A stretch of 39,149 bases of DNA from a virus (IMGVR_UViG_3300047172_000023:1-39149); one strand, 5' to 3'; shown: positions 15,218 through 21,947, counted from the first letter of the stretch. Notes: generated from the letters alone by a model not told the origin. Numbers and translations: made by a program.

Positions 15218-15344
15218 CTAGTCCTCGGGGCTAGCAATCAAGGTGAATGCGCCGCACTATAAGGGTACGTAACCAATAATGCGAAGAGTTACATACAAAC
15301 GTATGTAATGAGCCCAGTTCGATTCTGGGGCCCCGAGGACTGGA
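15217..15344 (+). ncRNA. Structured RNA candidate 2: tRNA-like RNA (acceptor, D and T arms present; no normal anticodon loop)
   Basis: A 15-bp closing helix pairs 15217-15231 with 15330-15344. The T arm CCCAG-TTCGATT-CTGGG (15313-15329) abuts the 3' acceptor strand GCCCCGA, which pairs with TCGGGGC (15225-15231). TA sits at positions 8-9 and the D arm is GCA-ATCAAGGTGAA-TGC. The stem CCGCA/TGCGA encloses 23 nt. An 8-bp hairpin TTACATAC-AAAC-GTATGTAA occupies the variable-arm position. Confidence 0.5.
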
Positions 15345-15369
15345 TTTATAAAGTGGAAATGAGGAAGAA

Positions 15370-15750
15370 ATGAAGAAGCAATGGAAATGTCTCAATTGTA
15401 AAAGAACTGAACTCACCTGGATAACGGGAGGTCCTTCTCCTTGTAGATATTGTATTGAACTAGTTTCTATGTACACACTACAAAAACGCATGACCACTCA
15501 ATCCCACAACCCCCCTGATTGGTCCCCCTACCCACCAGATTTGATGTCACAAAATATTACTACAAATCGTGACAAGCATTCTCACATTGGAGCGATAACT
15601 CTTTTCCCTGTCAACAGGGATGACGCGGCAGGCGCCCTTGATAATCCCTCACCGTTTATTGATGAACCCGTGTGTGAGTGCGGAGCTGATAAAGCTGGAA
15701 CCGGTGGGCATTCATTTTGGTGTGCAAAGTATGTCGACCCCTCTAAATAA
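15370..15750 (+). CDS. Zinc-ribbon protein (126 aa)
   Basis: The GAGGAAG RBS precedes the start. CLNC-x14-CRYC lies at the N-terminus and CECG...H..WC at the C-terminus. Confidence 0.6.
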   Translation: MKKQWKCLNCKRTELTWITGGPSPCRYCIELVSMYTLQKRMTTQSHNPPDWSPYPPDLMSQNITTNRDKHSHIGAITLFPVNRDDAAGALDNPSPFIDEPVCECGADKAGTGGHSFWCAKYVDPSK

Positions 15751-15769
15751 ATTACCTTTTCATTCCTAC

Positions 15770-15798
15770 TTGACATCCCCTTAAAACTAGCGTAGATT
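15770..15798 (+). promoter_or_regulatory. Sigma70-like promoter TTGACA-N17-TAGATT
   Basis: Reads TTGACAtccccttaaaactagcgTAGATT in the 68-nt gap. It is followed by AAGGAGG and ATG 15819. Confidence 0.6.
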
Positions 15799-15818
15799 GG
15801 ATTTATAAGGAGGTTACG

Positions 15819-15881
15819 ATGATTACGGCAATCGTTCTCTATCTAGCTTTCAGATTCTGGCTAAAAGGAGGCATCAAATGA
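15819..15881 (+). CDS. Mini-ORF: 20-aa hydrophobic peptide
   Basis: TAAGGAGG lies 7 nt upstream. My translation is MITAIVLYLAFRFWLKGGIK. Its stop overlaps the next ATG (ATGA). Confidence 0.35.
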   Translation: MITAIVLYLAFRFWLKGGIK

Positions 15882-16045
15882 AATCAGCACTTAACTACTT
15901 AATCCTGGTCCTGTTTGTTGCACTTGTCTTGGCCGCTCTACCTGGATGCGGCAAAGAAACTGACCCTAACATAATTGTTAATCAAGCGTGCACTCGGCCA
16001 GACGGTTCAATTGGGTTGCTTTACGCCAATGGGGTGTGCGAATGA
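15878..16045 (+). CDS. Small secreted protein / putative lipoprotein (55 aa)
   Basis: My translation is MKSALNYLILVLFVALVLAALPGCGKETDPNIIVNQACTRPDGSIGLLYANGVCE. The signal peptide ends in LPGC, which is lipobox-like although Pro at -2 is atypical. AAGGAGG lies upstream. Confidence 0.5.
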   Translation: MKSALNYLILVLFVALVLAALPGCGKETDPNIIVNQACTRPDGSIGLLYANGVCE

Positions 16046-16110
16046 CATACATTGCAGCTATCATATTGTTTAGTACTATAATGTGGGTTATAGGAGTATT
16101 CAATGACTAA
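16042..16110 (+). CDS. Mini-ORF: 22-aa hydrophobic peptide
   Basis: ATGA overlap with the upstream stop. My translation is MTYIAAIILFSTIMWVIGVFND. Confidence 0.3.
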   Translation: MTYIAAIILFSTIMWVIGVFND

Positions 16111-16333
16111 TACATGTAACTGTTCAGCATTTATTAAAGACATTAAAGACATGTGCAATTTCTGTAAGATTGACTATATCCGTTGGTCGACAGGACTGAC
16201 AAGAGAGGATATCAAATGCCTTGCCAAAACTGTAACTGTGGCAGACAAAGTAAAAAGCTTGAGAATGGAGATTTACAGCAAGCGGCAGGAGAAGCAAAGA
16301 AAGAGCGGCCTCCACTTAGTCTCCGAGAGGTAA
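16103..16333 (+). CDS. Cys-rich small protein (76 aa)
   Basis: A TAGGAG RBS precedes the start. Contains CNC-x10-CNFC. The 3' 118 nt overlap the next ORF. Confidence 0.45.
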   Translation: MTNTCNCSAFIKDIKDMCNFCKIDYIRWSTGLTREDIKCLAKTVTVADKVKSLRMEIYSKRQEKQRKSGLHLVSER

Positions 16334-16431
16334 CGTGCGAGGAGGAGTATCAGGCATGGCTAGAAGGCCCAGAGCGGGCTGGATTGACATTGCTAGAGAT
16401 AGAGAGTATCTTGGATACTAGGAGAGGTTAG
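16216..16431 (+). CDS. Cys-rich small protein (71 aa)
   Basis: Track ORF trimmed to the ATG at 16216, which has a GAGAGGA RBS. MPCQNCNCGRQ... with an acidic helical C-terminus. Confidence 0.45.
   Translation: MPCQNCNCGRQSKKLENGDLQQAAGEAKKERPPLSLREVTCEEEYQAWLEGPERAGLTLLEIESILDTRRG
16384..16412 (+). promoter_or_regulatory. Sigma70-like promoter TTGACA-N17-TATCTT (inside the preceding CDS)
   Basis: Reads TTGACAttgctagagatagagagTATCTT. It is followed by AGGAGAGG and ATG 16433. Confidence 0.4.
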
Positions 16432-16432
16432 T

Positions 16433-16618
16433 ATGAAACTGTATAAATGTTTTGCATGTACACAGCATTTAGTGGAGATGAACGATAGATATTATTGCTC
16501 GAATTGTGATATTGAATACGGAGAAGTCATTCTGACTCTTCAACCAGACGAAGTAAGCCCGTCTGAGCATCTTCTCGCCATTGGCGCCACTCAATATGTG
16601 GTAGGTCATGAAGAGTAG
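16433..16618 (+). CDS. Zinc-ribbon protein (61 aa)
   Basis: CFAC-x12-CSNC. The AGGAGAGG RBS precedes the start. Confidence 0.55.
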   Translation: MKLYKCFACTQHLVEMNDRYYCSNCDIEYGEVILTLQPDEVSPSEHLLAIGATQYVVGHEE

Positions 16619-16952
16619 TAAAGGTGCCGCCCCAGGTAAGTTTGGGGTCATTCAAGGTGGCAAATAGCCCGCGAAACCAGGGGGCGTCGAAAGATGCCCC
16701 TCCACTCAAAGTTAACCTAAACCAATCCACTGCAGCATTATAGTTGTGAGGAGACTCACCAAAGTGGGCTTTACTGGCTCCTTTGGCGAAGTCTGCCTCC
16801 TGGTCTGCCCTGCCACGACCACATTGGCTTATGTGAGCTTCTGTGTGTTGTTGTCTAAAGGAGAGCGCCCACTCTAGTAAGTAGGGTTGTGGAGTTTGAT
16901 ACTTGTGGAGTATGTCAATACAGGCTTGACATAATGAACTATTTACATGCAT
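16527..16952 (-). CDS. M15-family zinc peptidase (T5-endolysin/VanY-like), putative endolysin
   Basis: GRGRADQEADFAKGASKAHFGESPHNYNAAVD follows G-x-R-x3-Q...S-x-H-x2-G/A-A-x-D. LTWGGTF..LHDLPHIEW follows WGG...D-x-P-H-x-E. Confidence 0.75.
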   Translation of the reverse strand: MHVNSSLCQACIDILHKYQTPQPYLLEWALSFRQQHTEAHISQCGRGRADQEADFAKGASKAHFGESPHNYNAAVDWFRLTLSGGASFDAPWFRGLFATLNDPKLTWGGTFTTLHDLPHIEWRQWREDAQTGLLRLVEESE

Positions 16953-17706
16953 TACGATGGCACCGGTTCAGCTTAGGGTGCTTGAGGGGGTGCAAATGAA
17001 GTCTGAAAGCCTTAAGCATGTCATTCAGTGGAATTATGGAGCCCTTCTTATTAGGCCCTGCTGCGAAAGCGATACCACGCACACGCCCCCACCAGTCAAG
17101 TACAGGAGAACCACTATTGCCAGGCTCTATAAGAGCGGTGGTGCGTTGGGCGCGAACATGTATAGTGCAAGCTTTAAAGAGACCAAAGAAGATAGATACA
17201 ATACGATTCTTGGGGAGGTGGCACTCCTTCTCATCATCGGGTGTCTGAATTATGTACATAAGCACATCTTCCATAACCATCCACTTGACTACCCCATGAG
17301 ACGCATAGAGAGGTTTAAGTTTAGGGTGCCCCAAGATAGTGATAGTGTCAAAGGGTTCAAACTCTTTAATCCCAAACTTTAGTGCGGGCAGCTCTTTTAC
17401 AGGCTCCAGAATACAAACATCTGTTATAGGGGAGCGGTAGAGTATACCGATACCTTGTATTGCGGTATAGGGGGAATCGGCAATTAATCGGCCATCCTTA
17501 CCGCCCAACTCACACACGTGGTCGTTCGTGACCGTATACTGCTTGCCGTGGTACATCACTTCGAAGCCGGTACCTCCTCCACCCGCTCCTAGTAGCCTAA
17601 CAATAGACTTACCCCAGATGTGCATTTCAGCATAAGAATGGTAGGCAGAGAATCCAAGCCGGGCTGAACACAACAATAAGATACCTATTAAGATACGTTT
17701 AAGCAT
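16939..17706 (-). CDS. Secreted trypsin-like (S1 family) serine protease
   Basis: The signal peptide is MLKRILIGILLLCSARLGFSA. The triad contexts are TNDHV (His63), ITDVCIL (Asp96) and EPGNSGSPV (Ser198). Confidence 0.8.
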   Translation of the reverse strand: MLKRILIGILLLCSARLGFSAYHSYAEMHIWGKSIVRLLGAGGGGTGFEVMYHGKQYTVTNDHVCELGGKDGRLIADSPYTAIQGIGILYRSPITDVCILEPVKELPALKFGIKEFEPFDTITILGHPKLKPLYASHGVVKWMVMEDVLMYIIQTPDDEKECHLPKNRIVSIFFGLFKACTIHVRAQRTTALIEPGNSGSPVLDWWGRVRGIAFAAGPNKKGSIIPLNDMLKAFRLHLHPLKHPKLNRCHRNACK

Positions 17707-17945
17707 TACATTTTCCTCAATAGTTTAAGTACGCCTACAACAAACCCGCCAATGGATGCGAAGTAAAGTGACATTTTTACAAGGCCCTGTATAAATTTTA
17801 CATGGTCTTCTACAGGCACCATGCGCTCTTCTATGAGCTCCGTACGCTTAATATGGACCTCTAGCTGTTTGGCCTGGAATTCCAAGGTTTTGTTAATCCC
17901 GCCAATTTGCTCAACTACGTAGTCAATTTTGTCGTCGGTCGACAT
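17706..17945 (-). CDS. Lysis-associated membrane protein (holin/XhlA-like topology)
   Basis: 79 aa. An N-terminal coiled coil is followed by a single C-terminal TM (MSLYFASIGGFVVGVL). It is the first gene of the protease-peptidase cassette. Confidence 0.4.
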   Translation of the reverse strand: MSTDDKIDYVVEQIGGINKTLEFQAKQLEVHIKRTELIEERMVPVEDHVKFIQGLVKMSLYFASIGGFVVGVLKLLRKM

Positions 17946-18199
17946 TCAATCCCCCTAAACCACCTAAGGCCGTTGCTATGGCCAAGTTTAACACCTTTTG
18001 ACTTTAAAACCTCTATAACTAATTTACGCGTCATTGGAGACTGCAATACGCGAATCCCCGTGGCTTGCTGTATGAGGGCGTGCACCTGATTGCGGCGCAT
18101 CTTCCCCCTGCCTTCTGTCACAAATAGGCGACTGACGGTTAAATCAAAGACTTGATAAATCAACTTTCGGCGTTCCAATTCTTTGATTAACCCTTCCAT
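17915..18199 (-). CDS. Hypothetical basic protein (94 aa)
   Basis: ATG ORF whose 3' end overlaps the next gene by 31 nt. Confidence 0.45.
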   Translation of the reverse strand: MEGLIKELERRKLIYQVFDLTVSRLFVTEGRGKMRRNQVHALIQQATGIRVLQSPMTRKLVIEVLKSKGVKLGHSNGLRWFRGIECRPTTKLTT

Positions 18200-18200
18200 G

Positions 18201-18389
18201 CTAGTTTCCTGGCGGGACGTTAAAAGTTATTAGGCCCGTTTGAAGGTCCACTGTGCAATTAGGGAGCACGATATCATTAATAAAACTAGAAAGTATGTTA
18301 CAAAGATTAGTGGTGCCGTCGGGGCTATTGGCAGTCTGGGACGCTATTAGGGCTGATATCTGGCTAGCCAAGTATTGTTCGGGCGTCAT
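18201..18389 (-). CDS. Hypothetical protein (62 aa)
   Basis: ATG ORF tightly packed after the fibre genes. Confidence 0.45.
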   Translation of the reverse strand: MTPEQYLASQISALIASQTANSPDGTTNLCNILSSFINDIVLPNCTVDLQTGLITFNVPPGN

Positions 18390-18859
18390 TATGAAATCCT
18401 TACTACGTCAAAATTCAGGCCGGTTACGGTAACAGTCCCGGCGCTAGATACCGCTTGCAGAGCAATTGCTTGGGAACCGTTAACAGTTACAATTTTATTC
18501 GTAACAATTGACATGTTTTGAAAGGTTGCCAATGCTGCCGTTGAAATGGGCATAGCTTTTCTTATAGTATCGGCCAGGCCGGTGCCCCCTACATAAAGCT
18601 CTATGGTAAGGATGTTACCAGCAGCGCTGGAGGCGCTGATATTTACGCTGGCCATCACCAAATAAGCACCTGCGGCCGGGGTTGTTGTGGCGCTCCCAAT
18701 AACACCATTAGTTGTAGTTACAGAGATAGCAGAAGAGCTATTAACTTCAGTATTAGTTAATCCATTTGCTAACTGATTGTTGTTAACTACTAGGGGAGCA
18801 CCTGCGGTTGCTCCAAATACGTACTCTCCAATAAATAATGATGACTTGGATACTGGCAT
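18389..18859 (-). CDS. Beta-rich fibre-tip-like protein (possible C1q/TNF/BclA-CTD-like jelly roll)
   Basis: 156 aa. AAGAYLVMASVNISA...LTIELYVGG...NGSQAIALQAVSSAG...LNFDVVRIS resembles my recollection of BclA-CTD-like sequences. TAATG coupled to the fibre gene. Confidence 0.4.
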   Translation of the reverse strand: MPVSKSSLFIGEYVFGATAGAPLVVNNNQLANGLTNTEVNSSSAISVTTTNGVIGSATTTPAAGAYLVMASVNISASSAAGNILTIELYVGGTGLADTIRKAMPISTAALATFQNMSIVTNKIVTVNGSQAIALQAVSSAGTVTVTGLNFDVVRIS

Positions 18860-20151
18860 TATGTAATCTCTTGAACACCGATGTACGTAGTTGTGCCTGT
18901 AGTTACAGCACTAACTGCGCCGGTTGAAAATGAATACTCATCCATAAAGAATTTTTCACCAGGAAACAAGGTGATACCATTTTGGTAAACGGCCGCGTTC
19001 CCGTTAAACCCCAAAGATATTTGTTGTGATGTAGTATTACTTAAATACAAGCCTTTCCTATTTGCGTTTGCTGCGACAATTACACTCGAAGTTGTAGTTA
19101 CAGAGGCTGTGGTGGGCGCCGAGTAGGTTCTTGGTACCTTTGTTGATACGTAGGTAGCCCCATTTACGTCAGTTTGTAAGTCAGCTCGGGCACCTATTGA
19201 TAGGGATGGAAGGGTTGAGTTATACACCCCGCTCACCTTAACCCCGTTACCGGAGTCAGCAGAGCCGGAAGCCACATTACCAACAACTTGGGCAATTAGT
19301 CTCCCGGAGGCATCCAATTGAAGGGCGGACTGCTGTGTGTTGGTAAGAGTTGGGAGGGTACTATTGTACTGCGCTCCTATTAAGGTAGAGTTATTAGCTG
19401 CGGTTCCAGGTGTCACCGGACCATCGGCATTATCTTTAACTAATAGGGAGCCTGAAGCTGAACTCAGTGCATTACCTGAGCCATCACTCAACCACGCACT
19501 GGTTAAGTTGTTGGAGGCGTTGAAAGACATTGGCTCGACAAAGAAATTAGCTACGCTTGCCGAGATATTAATAGTAGCGCTGCCGGACGTGTAGGTTTGG
19601 AAGGCCACGTTGATGTTACGGGAACTTGGAATTCCAAAAATGCGGTAGTTGCCGTTTGTCGTAATGGTGGAAGCCAATGCGCTGCTATTTAAAGCCATTA
19701 CCCCCAGTGTCCTAGAAGACGAGGGATAGGTTTCGTATACGTAGATTGTACCGACAAAACCAGGGCCCGATACGTCAACGTTTACAGCGTTAATACCATT
19801 AAGAGCGAGGGTTACTATTGACGAGAGATTGGTAAGTGTGCCTGTAGCGGTCAGGTCGTTTTGCGTTACTGGGAGCGTAGAGGCGCTATTTATTAAAAGA
19901 TTACCACGAGAGTCAAGTTGTAAAGCTGCTTGTTGACCCGTGGTTAAAGTAGGAAGGGTTGAATTATACAACCCCCCCATTAACGTAGAGACCGAGGCGG
20001 CAGTTCCACCGGTAGCCGAGCCGTCAGCGTAATCCTTAACCAACATGTTTCCATTGGTATCAGCACTTACGTAATTGACGTTGGAACCGGTGGAATTCTG
20101 CCCCACTATCTTAGTTTCAAGCGTACTTTGTATGTAGCTTAAATCAGCCAT
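18859..20151 (-). CDS. Tail fibre-like protein with internal repeats
   Basis: 430 aa, S/T/G/N-rich. A repeat of about 50 aa occurs at aa 36-86 and 236-286, with a partial copy at 305-335. Confidence 0.65.
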   Translation of the reverse strand: MADLSYIQSTLETKIVGQNSTGSNVNYVSADTNGNMLVKDYADGSATGGTAASVSTLMGGLYNSTLPTLTTGQQAALQLDSRGNLLINSASTLPVTQNDLTATGTLTNLSSIVTLALNGINAVNVDVSGPGFVGTIYVYETYPSSSRTLGVMALNSSALASTITTNGNYRIFGIPSSRNINVAFQTYTSGSATINISASVANFFVEPMSFNASNNLTSAWLSDGSGNALSSASGSLLVKDNADGPVTPGTAANNSTLIGAQYNSTLPTLTNTQQSALQLDASGRLIAQVVGNVASGSADSGNGVKVSGVYNSTLPSLSIGARADLQTDVNGATYVSTKVPRTYSAPTTASVTTTSSVIVAANANRKGLYLSNTTSQQISLGFNGNAAVYQNGITLFPGEKFFMDEYSFSTGAVSAVTTGTTTYIGVQEIT

Positions 20152-20153
20152 TT

Positions 20154-21272
20154 TTATTGCTCATGACCACTTGTGGTCGAGTAGACATCCATTGCAGCCA
20201 AGTCGTTGTTAGTTAAAACGCAACGTACTCGGACTCCAGCAGCAACTTGAGGGAACGCTGCCATTGGGATGTTGATGTTCGGGTCTGCCGTAGAGTTAAA
20301 GGCAACCCAGAAGGTGTTAAACACTCCGGTTGCAACTCCTGTTTCAATCTCAACTTGCAGTTTAAGTTTACCAGATGCTGTCGCCCAGATTTGCTCTAGG
20401 TGGAGCGTCTTGCCTGAAGTGACTGTGTAATCGGCGTTAACCGACGACCCTGCTGCCACTGCTGACGAAGTGAAATACGAGTTAACCGACGTTCCGCCAT
20501 CTTGCAAATAGACAGGAAGGGGATTGGTGGGGCTAATTGCAGCCGTGCCGTTTGTCAACTCAGCAAATACGGGGTTAGTGGCGCTAATAGTCGCCCCCAA
20601 CACTTGGTTGAGGTTAACTGCGAATTCGCCAGTTCCAGCGTTAGCTGTAACAGTTCCACTAACAGGCTGTGTTACCGATGAACCATCAGTAAGTAATTTG
20701 CCCGAAGAATCCAGCTGAAGAGCGGCTTGCTGGCCGTTGGTCAATGTGGGCAGCGTAGTGTTGTAAACACCTCCTGCGAGCATCGACTTTGTTCCAGCTG
20801 TTCCACCTGCAACCGAGCCATCGGCCAAGTCTGAAGTTACCCAAGGGGAGGTAGACTGTGTAACCGCAACTGTGCCAGCAACGGAGGAAACCGAAACGGT
20901 TCCTGATACGGGCTGTGTAACCGCGCTACCATCGACTTTAAGGGCGCTGGCTGCAGTGACAGTTACTGGGCCGTGGGTACCATCGGTAATTTCAATTGGC
21001 CACGCATTTGCCAACGTATTGGGAGTACCTTGGTTTGCTGTGACAGTGCCCCCGCTCCCTGTAGTCTGAACTACGTTAACGTCTAACGCCTGATGCGTAG
21101 AAACCGTCGTACTCGTTAACGCGTTTCCGGAGCCGTCGTCTAATTTAACAACTATGCGACCTGACGAATCAATCGCTAGCTGTTGTGAGGGCGTCGTCGC
21201 GTCTGCTATTTTAGCAACGACGTCACCCGGGTTTTGTGTACGTACTGGTAAACTTGAATTATAATCTGCCAT
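20154..21272 (-). CDS. Tail fibre-like protein sharing the same repeat
   Basis: 372 aa. DLADGSVAGGTAGTKSMLAGGVYNTTLPTLTNGQQAALQLDSSGKLL lies at aa 148-194. GS[AS]VTQPVSGTV occurs twice. Confidence 0.65.
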   Translation of the reverse strand: MADYNSSLPVRTQNPGDVVAKIADATTPSQQLAIDSSGRIVVKLDDGSGNALTSTTVSTHQALDVNVVQTTGSGGTVTANQGTPNTLANAWPIEITDGTHGPVTVTAASALKVDGSAVTQPVSGTVSVSSVAGTVAVTQSTSPWVTSDLADGSVAGGTAGTKSMLAGGVYNTTLPTLTNGQQAALQLDSSGKLLTDGSSVTQPVSGTVTANAGTGEFAVNLNQVLGATISATNPVFAELTNGTAAISPTNPLPVYLQDGGTSVNSYFTSSAVAAGSSVNADYTVTSGKTLHLEQIWATASGKLKLQVEIETGVATGVFNTFWVAFNSTADPNINIPMAAFPQVAAGVRVRCVLTNNDLAAMDVYSTTSGHEQ

Positions 21273-21453
21273 TGTCGGCTCCTAGTTCCTTTAGTTTGGC
21301 TTGAAGGTTCGCTTCAGCCTCCTCCTGTTTTTGTATGTGGTCGCGGAGACGATTAATTTCGTCTTCACATTGTGCAATTCTGTATTCCATCTCAGCCCGT
21401 GCTGCGTGTACGCGCATCAATTCGGCTTTGAATTTCTTTATTTCTAGTGTCAT
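21259..21453 (-). CDS. Coiled-coil protein (64 aa)
   Basis: Heptad-rich and charged (EMEYRIAQCEDEINRLRDHIQKQEEAEANLQAKLKEL). Confidence 0.5.
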   Translation of the reverse strand: MTLEIKKFKAELMRVHAARAEMEYRIAQCEDEINRLRDHIQKQEEAEANLQAKLKELGADNGRL

Positions 21454-21947
21454 TAACTAACCTCTACTGCCTGTATTTTGGCATTGAATGTTCCTAAACT
21501 AGCGTTATTTTGGGTTACTGTAATTGATACGGTATCCCCCGGTGCCAGAATTACTCCAGGTACCGAAGAGTAACCAGTCTCAAAGGTGAAAAGAAGGTCT
21601 AGAGGGGTGCCGTAGGTAGTGTACTTCTTATCAATTACTGACGCGTTCCTGTAAACTATGTAAATGCCATTATTAGTGCCGGCAGCTTCAATCTGCACAA
21701 GGTAGCTACTTCCTGTGGCGGGCGCAGTGTAAATAGCAATCTGCGTCTCTACTCCAGACGCTACGCTTGTAATTTCATTGTAAACAAGCGGTGTCGCAAT
21801 ATTAGAAGGCGACGGGCCATTGACAACGTTAACATCAAGAACATCGCCGGAAGCTTGCGTTACATCTATTGTACCGCCAGAAACCGTTACGGAACCGCCA
21901 GTAATGTCTACCAGCTGTTCAGGCAGATTGACGTTAATGTTAGGCAC
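21453..21947 (-). CDS. Fibre/virion-associated beta-rich protein (164 aa)
   Basis: The N-terminus VDITGGSVTVSGGTIDVTQASGDVLDVNVV resembles segments of 20154..21272. Confidence 0.5.
   Translation of the reverse strand: MPNINVNLPEQLVDITGGSVTVSGGTIDVTQASGDVLDVNVVNGPSPSNIATPLVYNEITSVASGVETQIAIYTAPATGSSYLVQIEAAGTNNGIYIVYRNASVIDKKYTTYGTPLDLLFTFETGYSSVPGVILAPGDTVSITVTQNNASLGTFNAKIQAVEVS

Noticed and set aside
15225-15337. Calling element 2 a conventional tRNA gene, for example tRNA-Tyr-like with loop CTATAAG and a 16-nt insert after position 37.
   Set aside because: The core is 113 nt. The anticodon stem has a C-A mismatch and encloses 23 nt. A bacterial-type tRNA intron of 16 nt is not an established class. 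The variable region would be 28 nt and position 14 is not A. It is safer to treat it as tRNA-like until a covariance model is run.
15231-15497. The 88-aa minus-strand ORF covering the tRNA-like region.
   Set aside because: It lies antisense to a strongly structured RNA region and to the RBS/start of 15370..15750. It has no RBS and an odd composition, so it is most likely spurious.
18859-21272. Fibre repeats as template/variable repeats of a diversity-generating retroelement.
   Set aside because: There is no reverse transcriptase anywhere in the genome. The DNA copies are substantially diverged at all base types rather than differing at adenines only.
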